DNA of 64,000 nt. Source: Vicugna vicugna. Taxonomy: Eukaryota. The notes below the pieces were generated by a model. The model was not told the origin of the DNA, searched no databases, and saw nothing but the letters and a program-made list of their open reading frames with translations. The stretch covers positions 4,488,501-4,552,500 of the forward strand of contig MU059953.1 of NCBI GenBank assembly GCA_013265495.1, read 5' to 3'. A program made the translations under genes and the position numbers. Positions 1 to 12,925 of this stretch are shown in pieces (position 1 is the first letter of the stretch; each line of letters opens with the position of its first letter).

Positions 1-1736
1 ACGAGTTCTGAGGAACTTACTCAGTTTCCATTCGGTTATGCAGCTGAGTGAGCGGACGCGGCCACCATTCAGGCTCAGCCACTGAAGCCTTTCTGGAAAC
101 AGACCCCCAGGGGCCAGGAAGCAGGAGGGGCTTCTGATGGTGGGGACACCAACTGGAAGGCCCACTTGGACTTCTCGAACTCTCCTACTTGTGGCCACGG
201 CCCTCGGACCAGGCCCTATGACACACAATATACCAGGATCTGTTTTGTATTTAGGAAAAAATTTACAGTGAATACATGACTTATTTGAAACACACTCATT
301 GCAGATGATTTCAATTGTGTCGTTTTTAAACGTCTGCAAATCCCAACACCTTCCCGGCCTCCGGCACGGTGCTGCTCTGAGCGGGGTATCCGATATTGTC
401 CCCTCCTGAGTATGTGACCCTCTGCTAATTTTACAGTCTATGGACCCCGGCATCTGGGATGTAGGGGGGTAGAGATGAGGCGGCAGGCCAGTGCGTGCCC
501 AGTGCAACACTGTAATTCTGCCCCTCGTGAGTAAGCAGCATGCAGTTCACACAACACCTTGCTGGTAACACGCTGCCTCGAGATAGACAGCTCCAGGTTG
601 CAGTGCCTGCCTGGGGCATTGCTGAGGGTGTTCAGTAAGGGTTTCAAGTGTTTAGTCCAGAGCCTGGATCTTAGCAACAGCGCAGTAAATGATGGATGTC
701 CTACGGCAGTGGAAACGCTGTCTGAAAGCATCAAAGAAAAGAGATCTATCCAATGGTATCTAGGTATTTCTGTTTATTTTGATTATGATGTATCCTTTGT
801 GCTTAAAAATCTGTGACAATGTGGGATGTGATCGCTGGAAGGAATTGGGATTGCAGAAGTGGCTGCTGGGAGGAGGGTGCTGGGAGGCAGGGACTAGAAG
901 CGGCTCGCCATCATGGGAGTAATTAATGGCAGGATGGTCTTTCATACTTTTTCTTATTTTTAATTGAAGAGTTATAGGAAGAGCAGGGTATGCTAATCTG
1001 TGTCCCGCAAGAGCACTCAAGGACAGGTGAGCTACATGGTGATGTGACCACAGCCCGGATTTCATGGTCCACCCGGAGGCCCATGAACAGGTGTGGGCAC
1101 GAGCCTCAGGAGACGCGGAGGGCAGGGCGCGCCCACACCCACAACCAGAACCTGCAGACTCGTGCCAGCATCCCGCAGGCCGAGTAACGAGGGTGAACAG
1201 GGGGGCCGGGGCTGCCGATCAAGGCCACGCCAGTCCCCCTTCTCAGCGTCTGACGATGAGAGAAGGAAGTAACGACTTCCTCAGAACAGACGGATCAGCA
1301 GGACGCCTGGGGGCGCAGCAGGTAGGTGGGACTACATTCAAAGCCTACCGTGGTTTCAGTGATTGAGTTGTTCTTTCCTGGGAAACTGCAGGTCCAGCTC
1401 CAGGTCTAGGAGGTGACAGGCATTAGAATCTTCTAGTGAATTTGGGAAGAACATGCCCACTGATTCTGGGAGACAGCTTTGGGTACCCTCTGGAACTGGC
1501 CATAGTGGAATGGTGGAATTTCCTGACTTTTGTTCTGTTGAATGAACGGTCTTCTGGGATCCATCAACAGATAGCTTCCCACCAACAGCACCACTCACAC
1601 CCAAAGGATCCCGGTGGTCACATAAGTCTGGAAACACTATATCCAAATTCCCTCCTGGGTTTACTATGCTTAGTTGCACAGGAAAGGCTCTGAGAAGTCC
1701 TGCAGTGGAGAGACGAGTGTTTAACTTTGGGATAAA

Positions 1737-1829
1737 CAAGGTTTCTCAAACTTAGAGCCAGAACACTTTTTTCCTTTAGTACCATTATAGGCCTCTCCTT
1801 TTCTGAAGACTTCAGTTTGGGAAACCCTG
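1737..1829. mobile_element. Short hAT-type (MER5/MER58-like) MITE remnant
   Basis: Terminal inverted repeats caaggtttctcaaact (1737-1752) and agtttgggaaaccctg (1814-1829) match at 14/16 and resemble hAT-Charlie TIRs. No intact 8-bp target-site duplication. Confidence 0.5.
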
Positions 1830-2540
1830 AAATCCACGCTCTACTGCTGTGTCCTAAAAACATTTTTTCCTCCCAGAGAACCTAGTGTCTCCTTGTTGGG
1901 TGGTGAGGGGTCTCATCAGGTGACGGACTGAAAGTACTTGGTATTTCGTAATTTTAAAAGGTGTTCCTGGTTTTTCTTTAAATAATGTATTCCTCGCTTT
2001 TTTATGCTCCTTATTTATTTTGGAAAAAATAAAAAAATCCCCTGGCTGTTTCACAGGGGAGCACGCAGGACCGATGCTACTACTGGATGCGACAGATGCA
2101 CCTGTAAATCCATCAGAAACTAGCGCCCAGATCCTAACAGGTCCGTCTTCTGGAAATCCGTGTTTAGGAAGGTTCTTCAGAGGAGGGGCAGTTAGGCAGA
2201 CGCGGAGTCTTCCTCAAATGGCACGGACCCCCGATGGGGCTGATTCTGGTCTGGTCTCTTCAGGCTGAGGCCTGGCCTGGGGCTCCCCTGGTCGCTGGAA
2301 CCCGAGTGCCGGGTAGTGGCTGACGGCTGCCTGGGGCGAATTACCGGGCGCTGGCGCGCCGCCGGGCTCCGCGCTGGGGAGACCCTGGTGCGGGGCCGGA
2401 GGCAGCACTGCTGTTACCGCGCCCAGACCCGGGGCCGGGGGTTTAGCGCCCAGCCCGCAGCCCTCTCTGCCTGCTCCATCTCTGCACGAGCCTGGCAGGA
2501 GGTTGGCTGAATGAAGGCATGAAGCATCCGCGCCGCACAT

Positions 2541-2584
2541 GGTTGAGAATGTAACTTTTAAAGCCAGACAGATCTGGGTTTGAA
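2541..2584 (+). mobile_element. MIR SINE 5' fragment
   Basis: ggttgagaat...agccagacagatctgggtttgaa resembles the MIR head GGTTAAGAGC...GAGCCAGACTGCCTGGGTTCGAA. Confidence 0.5.
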
Positions 2585-3099
2585 CAGAGTTCCCCGCAGT
2601 GAGGTGGGGTGAGGCTGTGAAACCTGTCACATCTCCAGCGCTGTGGCTCCGGTGGATGCACTGTGGTGACAGTGACTCCCGCCTGGCAGGGCTGCTGGGA
2701 GCATGACACGGTAGCACCACTGCGACCCTGAGCGGGGGGTGGGGGGTGGGGGGGGCGCAGGCGAGCCCCGCGGCCCGAGGCGCTGCGCCCGCGGAAAAAA
2801 AACCCCGCCTCCCCGCCCCTTGCCTTCATTCCCCACCCCCGCCCTCCCAGGGGGTCAGGGGTCCGGGGCCCCGATGAAACGCTCGCTGTCTCACCTGGGT
2901 CAATGCCTCTTCCTCCAGTTGGGGAAAGAGCCACTGGACCTGATCCGGGCTGACACGGAGCCCGACGCAGAGACAGGCTCGAGGGAGACTCAGCGGAGCG
3001 GAGGGCGCGGCGACGCGAAAAAAGGCGGAAGAGCCGGCAGGGGCTGCGGTCCTTCTCCGGGTCGGGGTCGCTGCTGCCCAGGGCGGCCAGGCCCGAGGC

Positions 3100-3171
3100 G
3101 AGGCGCTGGGCACCGAGCCCAGGACCTGGTGCACGCTAAGCACGTGCCCTGCCACTGAGCTCTGCCCTCCC
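3100..3171 (-). mobile_element. Camelid-type tRNA-Ala-derived SINE (Vic-1-like), strongly GC-shifted
   Basis: Aligns without gaps over 72 nt (57 identities) to the SINE copy at 30321-30392. The B box has degenerated to GGCTCGGTGCC. Confidence 0.85.
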
Positions 3172-6100
3172 TTGGTTTCATTTTGAGCCGATTTCTAATT
3201 GTTGAGCAACTGCCCGGGCCTGGGGTGGGTTCGCAGGCATCAGGAGCACTGAGGGCCTGATGGTTTGGTTTGGGGCATCCTGTGCCTACGACGCCTGTGC
3301 GGGACAGGGGCTCCCCGTCTTCCAGCGGGGGAGGCCGGGAGCCAGGGGCGGGCCGGGGTCCCAGCCCGGGAGGCCAGGCGCCCACAGCCCGCGCTTCATC
3401 GCCGCCAAGTCCCTGCCCCGAACACGGGAGAGCAGACCTTCCTGGACACCGTCCGCGCGGGGACATCGGTGCTGTTCTGGAGGAATGCCTAGTGCGAGGC
3501 GGGAGCTGGCCCAGCAAGACTTCGTGGGGAGGCGGCTGAGCTGGTTCTCAGAGGATGCGCACAGTGGAGAGAGCCCACCCTTCCAGGCGCCGACCGCGCG
3601 GGTCCCCTGGCACAGGGTGCTGGGGGGTCTCAGACCCCGTGGGCTGGGCCTGGTGCGGGGACAGGCCAGGGGCCAGGGTTGTGGTCTAGTTCTGAGGGAC
3701 ACTGGTCATCAGTCGGAGACCCTATCCCCAGACCAGAGGTTTCCCTCTTCATGTGCCCAGAGGACACCTTCTTCAGCAGGATCTGATGTGGAAGCCCTTC
3801 CTCCTACCTGGAGTGGGAAGGGTAGGGCTCCGGCCCCAGCTACTGAGGCCAGTTCTTCATCCTTGACCAGATGTGTATGTGGTCCGTGTGGTCTGCGTGT
3901 GTGGTGTATGGTGTGTGTGGTGTGGAGGGACTCCCTCCCGCTCCACAGAGCAGCCATATTTCCATGTGCTGAGTTGCTGTGGAAGCTTCAAGACCCAAGA
4001 CTCTGGGGAATGATTCTTATCTAAGATTTGGCTTTTTTAGAGTTATTCAAAGAAAAGCCTCCTAGTGCTTGTACAGAGAGGAGCCTCTCTGGCTTTTTAA
4101 GTCCCCAGCTGTCCTCTGTCCCCTCCTGTCCCTCACCCGCCTGTCCCCCACCCTCCTGTCCCCCACCCAGCTCAAGGACAGAGCACGCCCATGCCGTGGC
4201 CATGGCTGGGGGCTTGTCTCTTCCAAACCAGCTATCTCTGCCTTTTAAACTCTGTGACAATCAGTGGATCCTCATCAGAACAGGTCTTAGTCATTTTCTT
4301 GTCATGTGTTTTACATACATACCACTCACTCTGGATTTTAGATTTTGGTTAAGCTTAATTTCTCATTTTAAAAATCCAATATTTTCCCCAAACCCCAGAG
4401 AGTCATCTTGTGCCCTCAGGGTGTCGCTCCTTCCCTGGGGACGATGGACCAAGGAACTCAGCTTGTCCCATATTGTTGCTTTGGATTGTGTCCCATTAGG
4501 TCCATGTGTACTGAATTGTCACCTCAGGCAACAGTGAAGACAGTTGAGTCAAATGCAAATACACAGCTCAGTTCAGACACCTCCTGTAATAAGACTTAGT
4601 GTAAAACTCGCACCAGCACCTGCTCTGGCGGCTTTAGAAATGAGATCTTCACACCTGGAACTCCCACGAAGGTCACCGTCACCACCTCCTCCCGCCTCCC
4701 ACCTCCGGGGCTTTCTCCTTGATGACGGAGACATCAGGGTTCCAGGTGCCCGAGGCCCATGTCTGGAGTGACCCTGGATCCCTCTCCTTCCGTATTTGCC
4801 CTGCTCAGTGAGACGCTGAGCCTGGATGAAACTGCTTCCTCAGCGTTGCTCAGGCCCTGCCCCACCGCCACCGCCGCACCTCAGTTTGATACCTGCAGCT
4901 CCCAAAGCCCCGAATCCTCCAGTGGACATGGAATGGGCTGGTTTACCAAGCGCTCCCTTGGGACTAGACATGTCATGCTGGGGTCCTCTCTCCCAGCAGA
5001 GAGGAGACCCTTCAGGAGGCAGGGAGGCCCCCAGACTCCACTTTCTGGGACACACAGGGGACCCCAGGCCATCAGAGTTTGCACCACGGAGTTCTGCAGA
5101 AAGGGGCCTTCAGGAATCAGTGGATGTGGCCTGAGGGGAGGTGTGGCTTGTGGGGGCCTGCAGGGCTAGGGTCCCAGGTAAGGATGCTGCACACTTCTGC
5201 CTCCCTACGGGCCGGGAAGGACAACACCGCTTTCATGGGCTCTGCTCTGTCTTGGACCTGGAGTCCTCTCTTGTCTGGCTGCAGACGGGATAGAACCTGG
5301 GACCCATGACCTGAAGTTGGGTGAACCCCCAGTGCTCGGACACAGCCCAGCAATCTCACAATGGTCTGGGGAACTGAGTCCTTCTGGAAGTGGGGACCCC
5401 TGGGAGGATGGTGTGTTTACCAAATACAGGTGCCAACTTGATGTGTGCCTGGTGGAAATCACTCCCCTTTCTTCTCCCCGGCTCTCCCCAGCCGTGACGC
5501 CGACCTGGAAAGCATCACCGTTGCTCTCACATGGAGCCTTTTTTCAGGACTGACACGCAAAACTCTGATGTAGAAATTGAAATTTCACACTCTGAAGGGC
5601 CCAAATGGCCCCAGAGGTCAGCAGGCGGCTCTTGCGTCCGCCCACCGGTGAGTCATGGGGCGAGATGCCGGCCCAAATTAACATCAGCAGACACTCGTGC
5701 GTCAGAGGTTCTGTGGGCTGAAAACGTTTGCTTGACATCTGTGTTCTCCACCCCCCAACAGCGCACACTCAACAATTTTAAGCCGAGGGGCACGTCCCAC
5801 TCATCTGGTGGATACATCAGCTGAATGCAATCTGCCTTCACAAACAGATGTCCCAGGAGGTGGGGTGGGGGCGCTGAACATCGGTTAGACGTTTCCAGAA
5901 GGTTCTTTATGAGGCCTTGTTTTGTGGGTTGGGGAGTGGAGCGGCCAGGGCTGCTTTAATTGAAACACACCTAATCTGGGCGCTTGGGCTGGGTCTCTAA
6001 AAAGACTTTGTTTTTCAAGTCCCATCCAAAGGTGGGAGTTTCTGTTTCCCATCTGCTCCCTGGGGCTTCTCGACCTGTTTTCCTGAAAAGACCAGAAAGA

Positions 6101-9100
6101 TGTAGAAAGAGATCGCCGTCTGACCTGGGGTGGCTTGGAAGGTGGGGACGGGGGTGGGACAGGCTGTTGGCTCACAGCACCCTGTGAGCCTGCCAATCTG
6201 TAGTGTGCATGCAGTCAGGCTGCCGTCTTGCCCTGGTGGCATCGCCATCCTGTGCCTGCGTTTTGTCCTTGTTTTGTTTGAGGCCCACAGGTGTGACTGT
6301 CACCCCGTGAGCAGCGCACGCAGCAGGCCCCCTTGGGGACTCCCTGAGAGGCCCGTGGGGTGCAGACATCTGCTCCCCACAGAGGCTGGCCTCTGTTTTA
6401 TAGCTCACATTCTTCATGTGTTAGCGACTCTCCTCTTTTGTACAAGCCTCAGATGTTGCAGAGGGATGTTTAAATTATTACAGGATCCCAAAGGATCCTT
6501 TCTAAATCTTCCCCATCTTGCATTGCTGTCTTGTAAAGTGACTCCCCCAGGAGCTCCAGCCGAGGACCCCGTGGCGGCTCCTCTCCATGTGGGCAAACCA
6601 GAGAAGGGTGACATGCATGTGGTCCCTGAGAAGGTCGGAAACTGTTTAGATCTTTCTGGAAGCCAAGTGCCAGGACCTCGAGGCCAGCTGTTTTCAGTGA
6701 CAAAGGGAGGACCAGGTGAGCTGCTGACCTGACGTGGTAGATGCTGGCGGGCATCTCAGGTGGCCTGGGGTCCCGGGCCCTTCGGGATGGCAGAGCCCTG
6801 CTTCCTAGGGGGGCGTGGCAGGAAGAGCGCCCTCGATTTCACTCCCAGCCTCGACTCTGGTGGGGTCCAAGAGCGTTGCAGGAGCTTTTACTCTCTCGAG
6901 CTTCAGTGCCCAGGTCTAAATTAGGGGGCTGGACCTCACCTCTTCCCATTTCCCTCCAGCTTTCCTGTTACAGTCCTGGGGTCCGGAGCAACTTGCATTC
7001 GGAAACCCCCCAAACAAGGGAAAAAGCCCAAACCAGTAAAGCTCCCGAGAACACAGGATTCCGGGAGGCTGGTGCTGGGGGTGACTGTGCCCCACCTCCT
7101 GGAATTCTCACTCCTGTGTGATGCCCTCCACTTGGGTGTGGGGCCACCTGCCGCTTGGTTCCAGCCATGGAGGATGGCACCGGTGATGGGGTGCCCCCTG
7201 TCACGCTGTGCGAAGCCCTACCTCAGCCCGGAAGCAGGAGGCTGCCGTGCTGTGAGGTGGTCCACGGACACGGCCATTGGGATGTCAGTCTCGGCGCAGG
7301 GGCGGTCCTGCCTGGCAACCAGCGAGAAAAGGGGCCTGAGCTCTGCCCTGAGGGAGGGGAATTCTGCCAACAACCACAGAGGGCCGGGGAGGGGATCTGT
7401 CCTCAGTCTAGGATTGCTGTTTAGGCAGCTCCTGAAACAGAGAACCCAGCTAAGCCGTGCCCGGACTCCCCTCCCAAAGGAGCTGTGAGGTCACGGGCAC
7501 GTGCTCTCTGAGCCTCTAAGGTTGTGGTATTTTGTCAGCTGGAGAAACAACACTGATTAAATGGACACCCTGGTGTCCCTGATGGTGGCCTGTCCCGTAC
7601 GATGGAGGCTGGTGTCTGTGCAGGGGTCTCCCTTCCCCACCCCCTCAGGTTCATGCTCAGGTTGGCTCCCACTGTTCAGAGCTTCTGCCAGGGTGTAGAT
7701 AAAGCATGGAAATGAAGCAGAAGTCCGACCACCCCAGCAGGACACATCCCCAGAGGCCTGGGAACTGCATCCAGCAGCAGTGGGCACCGGGGTGGCCTCT
7801 CAGAGCAGCTGCGTGTCAGAGCTGCCGGGGTGTGGGCAAGGTGGGGGCCGGGAGCAGGCAGCATGAGCCTGGGCGAGGCCCACCTCCCACAGGGCCTCTC
7901 CCCGGGCCGCAGCGGTCTCCTGCGGACACTGACTCATGAGATGGTTAAGGGGGCAGTGGGGCACTGTTATTTTTATGTGCAAATCATTCATGTGCACAAA
8001 CACATCTGCCTTGGGAGGGTCTGTGTTTCAGAATTCCATCTTCCCCTCGAAGGTTCTGAGCACGGGGCTCCTGGGCGTGTCTGTGTCGGGAATCTGGAAG
8101 CTGCATCTTCTGCTGGGGCTTTGATCTGGTGCCTTGACGACGCCGGAAGTTTGCTCCTGGTGGTCCTGGCCCTGCCGGGCATTCTAAGAGAGACAGAGGC
8201 TTCACAGCTGGAGCCTGTTCTTCTATGAAGCTCTTAAATGCTGTGTTGCTGAATATAAAAAAACGAAAAGAAACCAAAACTGCCCTTTGAGGCTGCAACT
8301 GGCATCACCCTGGGAAACAAGAGGTCGGAGGCTCAGAGCGGTGACCCGCCCAGGGTCTCGGGGGCGGGAGGTAGCAGAGCCAGGGCCGGCCTGAGTGGGC
8401 GGCTGGGGGCTCTGAGCGCGGACTCACGGCCGCTTTCCGGTGAGGCCCTGCGGCTCGGGCGAAAATGCCCATCCCCTCGGCATTCTGTGTGGAGGGCACA
8501 GAGGCGTCACGCCTAACTTTCGAAGGCTTCAGGAATCTGTCCTCTGAGCCCTCTCCTTTGTCCTGACAACTGTCATTTGGACATGTAACAGTTGCGTTTG
8601 GATGTGAGTGTGTGTGATCCAGGCTGGCGCTTGACGGATGGGCTAAATCATCTGCAGCTGGTACTCCTCGCAGCGGTGCCTTTGAAGGTTTTCCTCCCTC
8701 GGAGAGCTGACCTCCCACGGATGCGGAGCCCCCGTGAGACATCAGGTGATGGAATGCCGCATGTCCCCGGGGAACCGAGCCTCGGAGCGGAACCGGCACC
8801 GTGGTGCCTTTTTCTGGAACATCTCCTGTGCTGTAGGCATCAGCGGAGCAAAGGACAGTTTCTAATCAGCCGGGTGAGACTCCACATATGCAGGAGCGAG
8901 TCCCAGGCTTCCTTCTGGACACGGGTCTCCCTGCTGCCAGTGGGACGGGCTGCCTGGCAGATACCAGGTGGGGGGCCAGGGTACCGGCTCAACCTGCTGC
9001 CTTCCTCTGAGGCTGAAGTGCATATATCTGAGGAATGGGATTTGCTGTCCAAAGGCAAAGGGGACAATGTCCATCATGAGACACTGAGATGCAGATTCAG

Positions 9101-11069
9101 GTAGGGCAGCTGACAGGTTCACGGCCGCCCAGGTGTAGATGCAGCTTCTCACCCCAGGGAAAGGATTCAGCCACCTCACGCCTCGGGCACACATCTCAGC
9201 GGGCTTCTGTGGGAGGACAGCGTCACCAAGACTCTCCCCTTACAGGCGAGGAGAGGGGCCTGGGGTGACGGGCCAAACCGCCGGTCAGGTGCCTGGAGCA
9301 GGGAAAATGCCTTTGCATCCGCACCGGCAGGACAGTCTCCTCAGGCTCTCTTTTTTGAGAAACTCTGAGCTTATGAACAGCTCAGAACTGCGTTTGAACT
9401 ACCTGGTTTCCCTTGCCAGAGACCACCAGCAAACCCCCTCTCTGAAATGCAGATTTTCTCTGCTTGGTCTCACTGGAAGATGAATTGTCTTCAGCGTTCT
9501 GGGGAGTCGGGACGAGAAGTGCTCTGCTACTCGAGGTTATGGAGGAGGCAAACAGAGCATCTTTTCACCATCGTAGGATTTGCCCTAGACAGCTCGACAG
9601 CCTGAGTTCTGAATATTCACTTCTCCTGTTTCAGTTCTTGTCGAAATAGAATTTCCAAGTCCATCTCCACCTTGAATCTAATGTCTGTGCAATGATTCAT
9701 CTCGGCCACCATTTAGAACTTAGTCTGCAGGCAGGAGATCTTGAAACGATTTGAATTCAAATATTAGAAACCTTCAAAGAAATGGAGAAGAAAATTCAGT
9801 ACATTTTACTTTTCAGGAGAAGGAAGAAGAGCATGAGGAACAGAACTTATCATGAGGATTCACTTAAACGAGGGCAAACTCCGTCACATTCGGCCCGATG
9901 TCTCATCCTCCTGCAGCCGTCTGCACCGTGCGGGGGGTCTGCTTCCCCAGTCCTGTCAGCTCACTCAGGAGACGTGATCCTCACATAGAGTTTTGTGACC
10001 TTGCTTTCCTGTACAAATTAAAGCAGAAATGTGAACTAAAATATTTAAGGTGAGAAAGTTGGAAGGAAGTGTTTTCTGGGTAGCTCCCCTTTACCAGAAG
10101 GTTCTATGAATCCAGGTTGAGCTGTCACCTGCGTGTCCTGGTGCACTGTGATTTCTGACATTGCAAAGTCTTGGCCACCGTCCACAGTTCTGTGGTCAGC
10201 GCACGGTCATGAGTCTAAGGAAGGGACCAAATGCTTTTGGTTTCCTATTGAAGTGGCCAGCTGTGGTGCTTATCGATGCCCGGGCCCATGCCCAGAAGCC
10301 TTACCAGGACAGGGTGCAGAGGAAGGCCACTGCGGACCCCCAGGACCCAGCCTCATCAGATTGCCTTTCAGGCTACGTCATTCTGACAAGGCGCCGTGAA
10401 GATGGACGTTTCTGGAGATCTGAGAACGTGCTGGTTCTGCTTGGTCCCAACATGCTAAGTACCAAGAAAAGAAGTAAACCGTTTGTCGACACATAAACCA
10501 CTTAAAGAAATTCTCAGAAAACAAGGACGCATGGAACAGCTCAGAGAAGTCGTTAGGTCACCTCAAATCCTCCTCCTTCCATTCATAGGTAACACGGAGA
10601 CCCAACTGCTAAAACCCAACACATGACATGCTGAAGACATAACCCAGCAGGAGGCAAGCTGGGGAGGAACTCTGAAATAAAACGTATTCAGATGTGCTTG
10701 AGTTATGCATTGGTGAAGACATCCAGAGTTTCCATGACTGCAGCAACAACGATTGCTGTTTGTTTTGAAGGGCAACACACGTTTCAAAGATTTTGTTTTG
10801 TTGTGTTTGTTTTTCCTACAAAGCTAGGCTTTGCAAGACAAACATGGCTTATCCCTTAGAGAGACAGGATTAACAGAATCTATAAATAAAATGCCAAATT
10901 TACAAACACTTTTTGAAGATTACTTCCTTTCTGATTTCGTGAGTATTCGCATTACGATGAAAAGAACACAAGAGAAAATTACATTTCTGATGAGCTCAAA
11001 AATCCTAAGCGACCTTCCTTGTTGAGGAAGCTTGAGGGATGGGGCCAGCTCCAGTACTGGATCAACAGA

Positions 11070-11178
11070 ACAGTTCTAGCTTTGAGTCCTGGGTCTGCAG
11101 CTAACTAGCTAGAGACGTTAAGGAAGTCATTTTCGTCATCTGTAAACGGTTTAAAAGGAATACCTGCCTGTCTCACGA
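11070..11178 (+). mobile_element. MIR SINE fragment
   Basis: tttgagtcctgggtctgcagctaactagct...tcatctgtaaa...tacctgcctgtctcac follows the MIR core order. Confidence 0.6.
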
Positions 11179-12925
11179 GCTACCACACTCTGAAACCCAA
11201 CCACGCAACTTATTCTTCTCAGCCACATCCAGGATCCTACAGTACCCTAAACCCTATGAAACAAAGTAAAGAAGAGAAAGGAAAATAAAAAATTGCCCTT
11301 CCCCCTGTGCCTGGCATGGCCAATGACCAATGGCCAACACGTGTGGCACCGAAAGCTGCAGACTGGCCCCTGGGTTTCACACGTGGCCTTGTGAGAGGAG
11401 GCGTTCGTAGGTCAGCGTGTGTTCTTCCTATACGGGCATGCGCTACCTGCTTGTCGCTCTGCGATGGCAGTGGGCGTGGATGCTCACTGCCAGATCTGTT
11501 ATTCTGTGGCAACATGATCCTATTCCTAGGCGGTCCTTTCTTCACTTAATTAGTTGGAGTACTTCCAGGAAGAGAACCTTGCCTGCAGTTACTCCGAGGG
11601 AGGGCTTGTACAGGAAAAGCAGGAGAGAGCCTTGATCTTTGCTTTCTGCAGTTTGCGTTGACTTGCTGGCACTCTCCAAAGCTGACTGAGGAGTTGTTTT
11701 GGAAGCACCGTTATAAACTTATCGGTGCAAATATCTTTGGTGACTCCTGGTATCACAGCTTTCCCTTTACTGATGTCCAATTGTCTCATCTTTGGGCGGT
11801 GGGAGCCCCCTGACCCCTTCTGACCCCGCCCCTGTGGTCCAGGTGGCCTCCTCGCTCCTGGCTGTCGGAAGGTGTTTCAGGTTCATCCTACAAATTTCCT
11901 GGCTCCAGATCTGGAGTCAGCCGTTCCTCCGAGTAACCCTGGCTTCTTTTGATGGGAAACGGTGTCTCGAGATCAATGAAGCACTCAGGTCTACAGGGCG
12001 GGCTTTGCGTCTCGGGACTTCCAGCCGACAGAGCTGGTGATTTTTAATTTGTTCGAGATAAAATGCATTCTGAGTCTATTCTGTTATTTCCTGTTTAAAT
12101 TCAGGGAAAAAAATCTGGGTTTATTTAAACAGATCGCTCTTAGGTTTCTGTGTGCTAACATTTTAGTTAAGATACTTGCACTGATATTCACAAGTGAGAG
12201 GACAAATGCTCTTTGCTTTGAGGTGTTCTTTACTGGATTTGGGAATTAATGCTATACGTACTTAATGGAAGGTCTCCGGAACCTAGGATAATTTATTTAG
12301 CAGTGGGATGATTTGGTCTTTAAAGGTTTGATACAATTTCCCTGTGAAACCGTCTTTTGACAGTGCTTTTTGAAGGGAACACTTTACTTCTGCGTCTTCT
12401 GTGGTAACTGGCTTGGTTGAGCTTCTGTTTCTGTGAGGGTCAGTTTTGGCATATTGTACTTTTCCAGAAAATTATCTATTTGATCTGGGTTTTTGAATAC
12501 ACTTGCATGGAACTGCAAGTCTGTGCTTTGTCTCTCTCACTTTTCCCTTAACTAGAATCACCAGTGAGCTGTCTGTATTGTTGAATTTCTAGAAGAACAA
12601 CCTTTTAGGTTTATTCATTAGTCCTACTGCTACTCCCCCCCCCCAACTTACTCACTTTTGCTTTGATCATCATGAATTTCTTCCTTCTGCCTTTTTGGTT
12701 ATTTTATGCTTCTTTTTCTCTCTCTAGCTTTTGGACTTGGTTCTTCACTTCACTTGCTCTCATCTTTCTTGATGTCCATATACACAGACACATGGGTCAG
12801 TGACACTGTAACTTTTCCTTTGATGACTGTTTTAGCTGTACACCAAAGATTCAGATGTGTCATGTTTTCATCTTTGTTCTCCAGAAAACCTACAATACGG
12901 TCTGTTTTTCTATTTGATCCAAGAG

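Larger units (their letters stand above)
2290..3700. promoter_or_regulatory. CpG island, possible promoter
   Basis: Very high GC and CpG density. E2F-like cgcggaaa (2790-2797) and cgcgaaaa (3014-3021), ETS core cggaag (3026-3031), GC box ccccgccc near 2811-2818. No downstream gene identified. Confidence 0.65.

Noticed and set aside
2214-4024. Long overlapping ORFs (139-254 aa) in CpG island 1
   Set aside because: Pro/Gly/Arg/Ala-rich and open in several frames on both strands, as expected from stop-codon scarcity in GC-rich DNA. One reads through a SINE. No domain recognised.
9380-9900. Moderate-GC non-repeat block examined as a possible processed pseudogene or endogenous viral element
   Set aside because: The frames I translated on both strands gave only short peptides with stops and no recognisable host or viral similarity. 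A tblastx search would be needed to exclude it fully.
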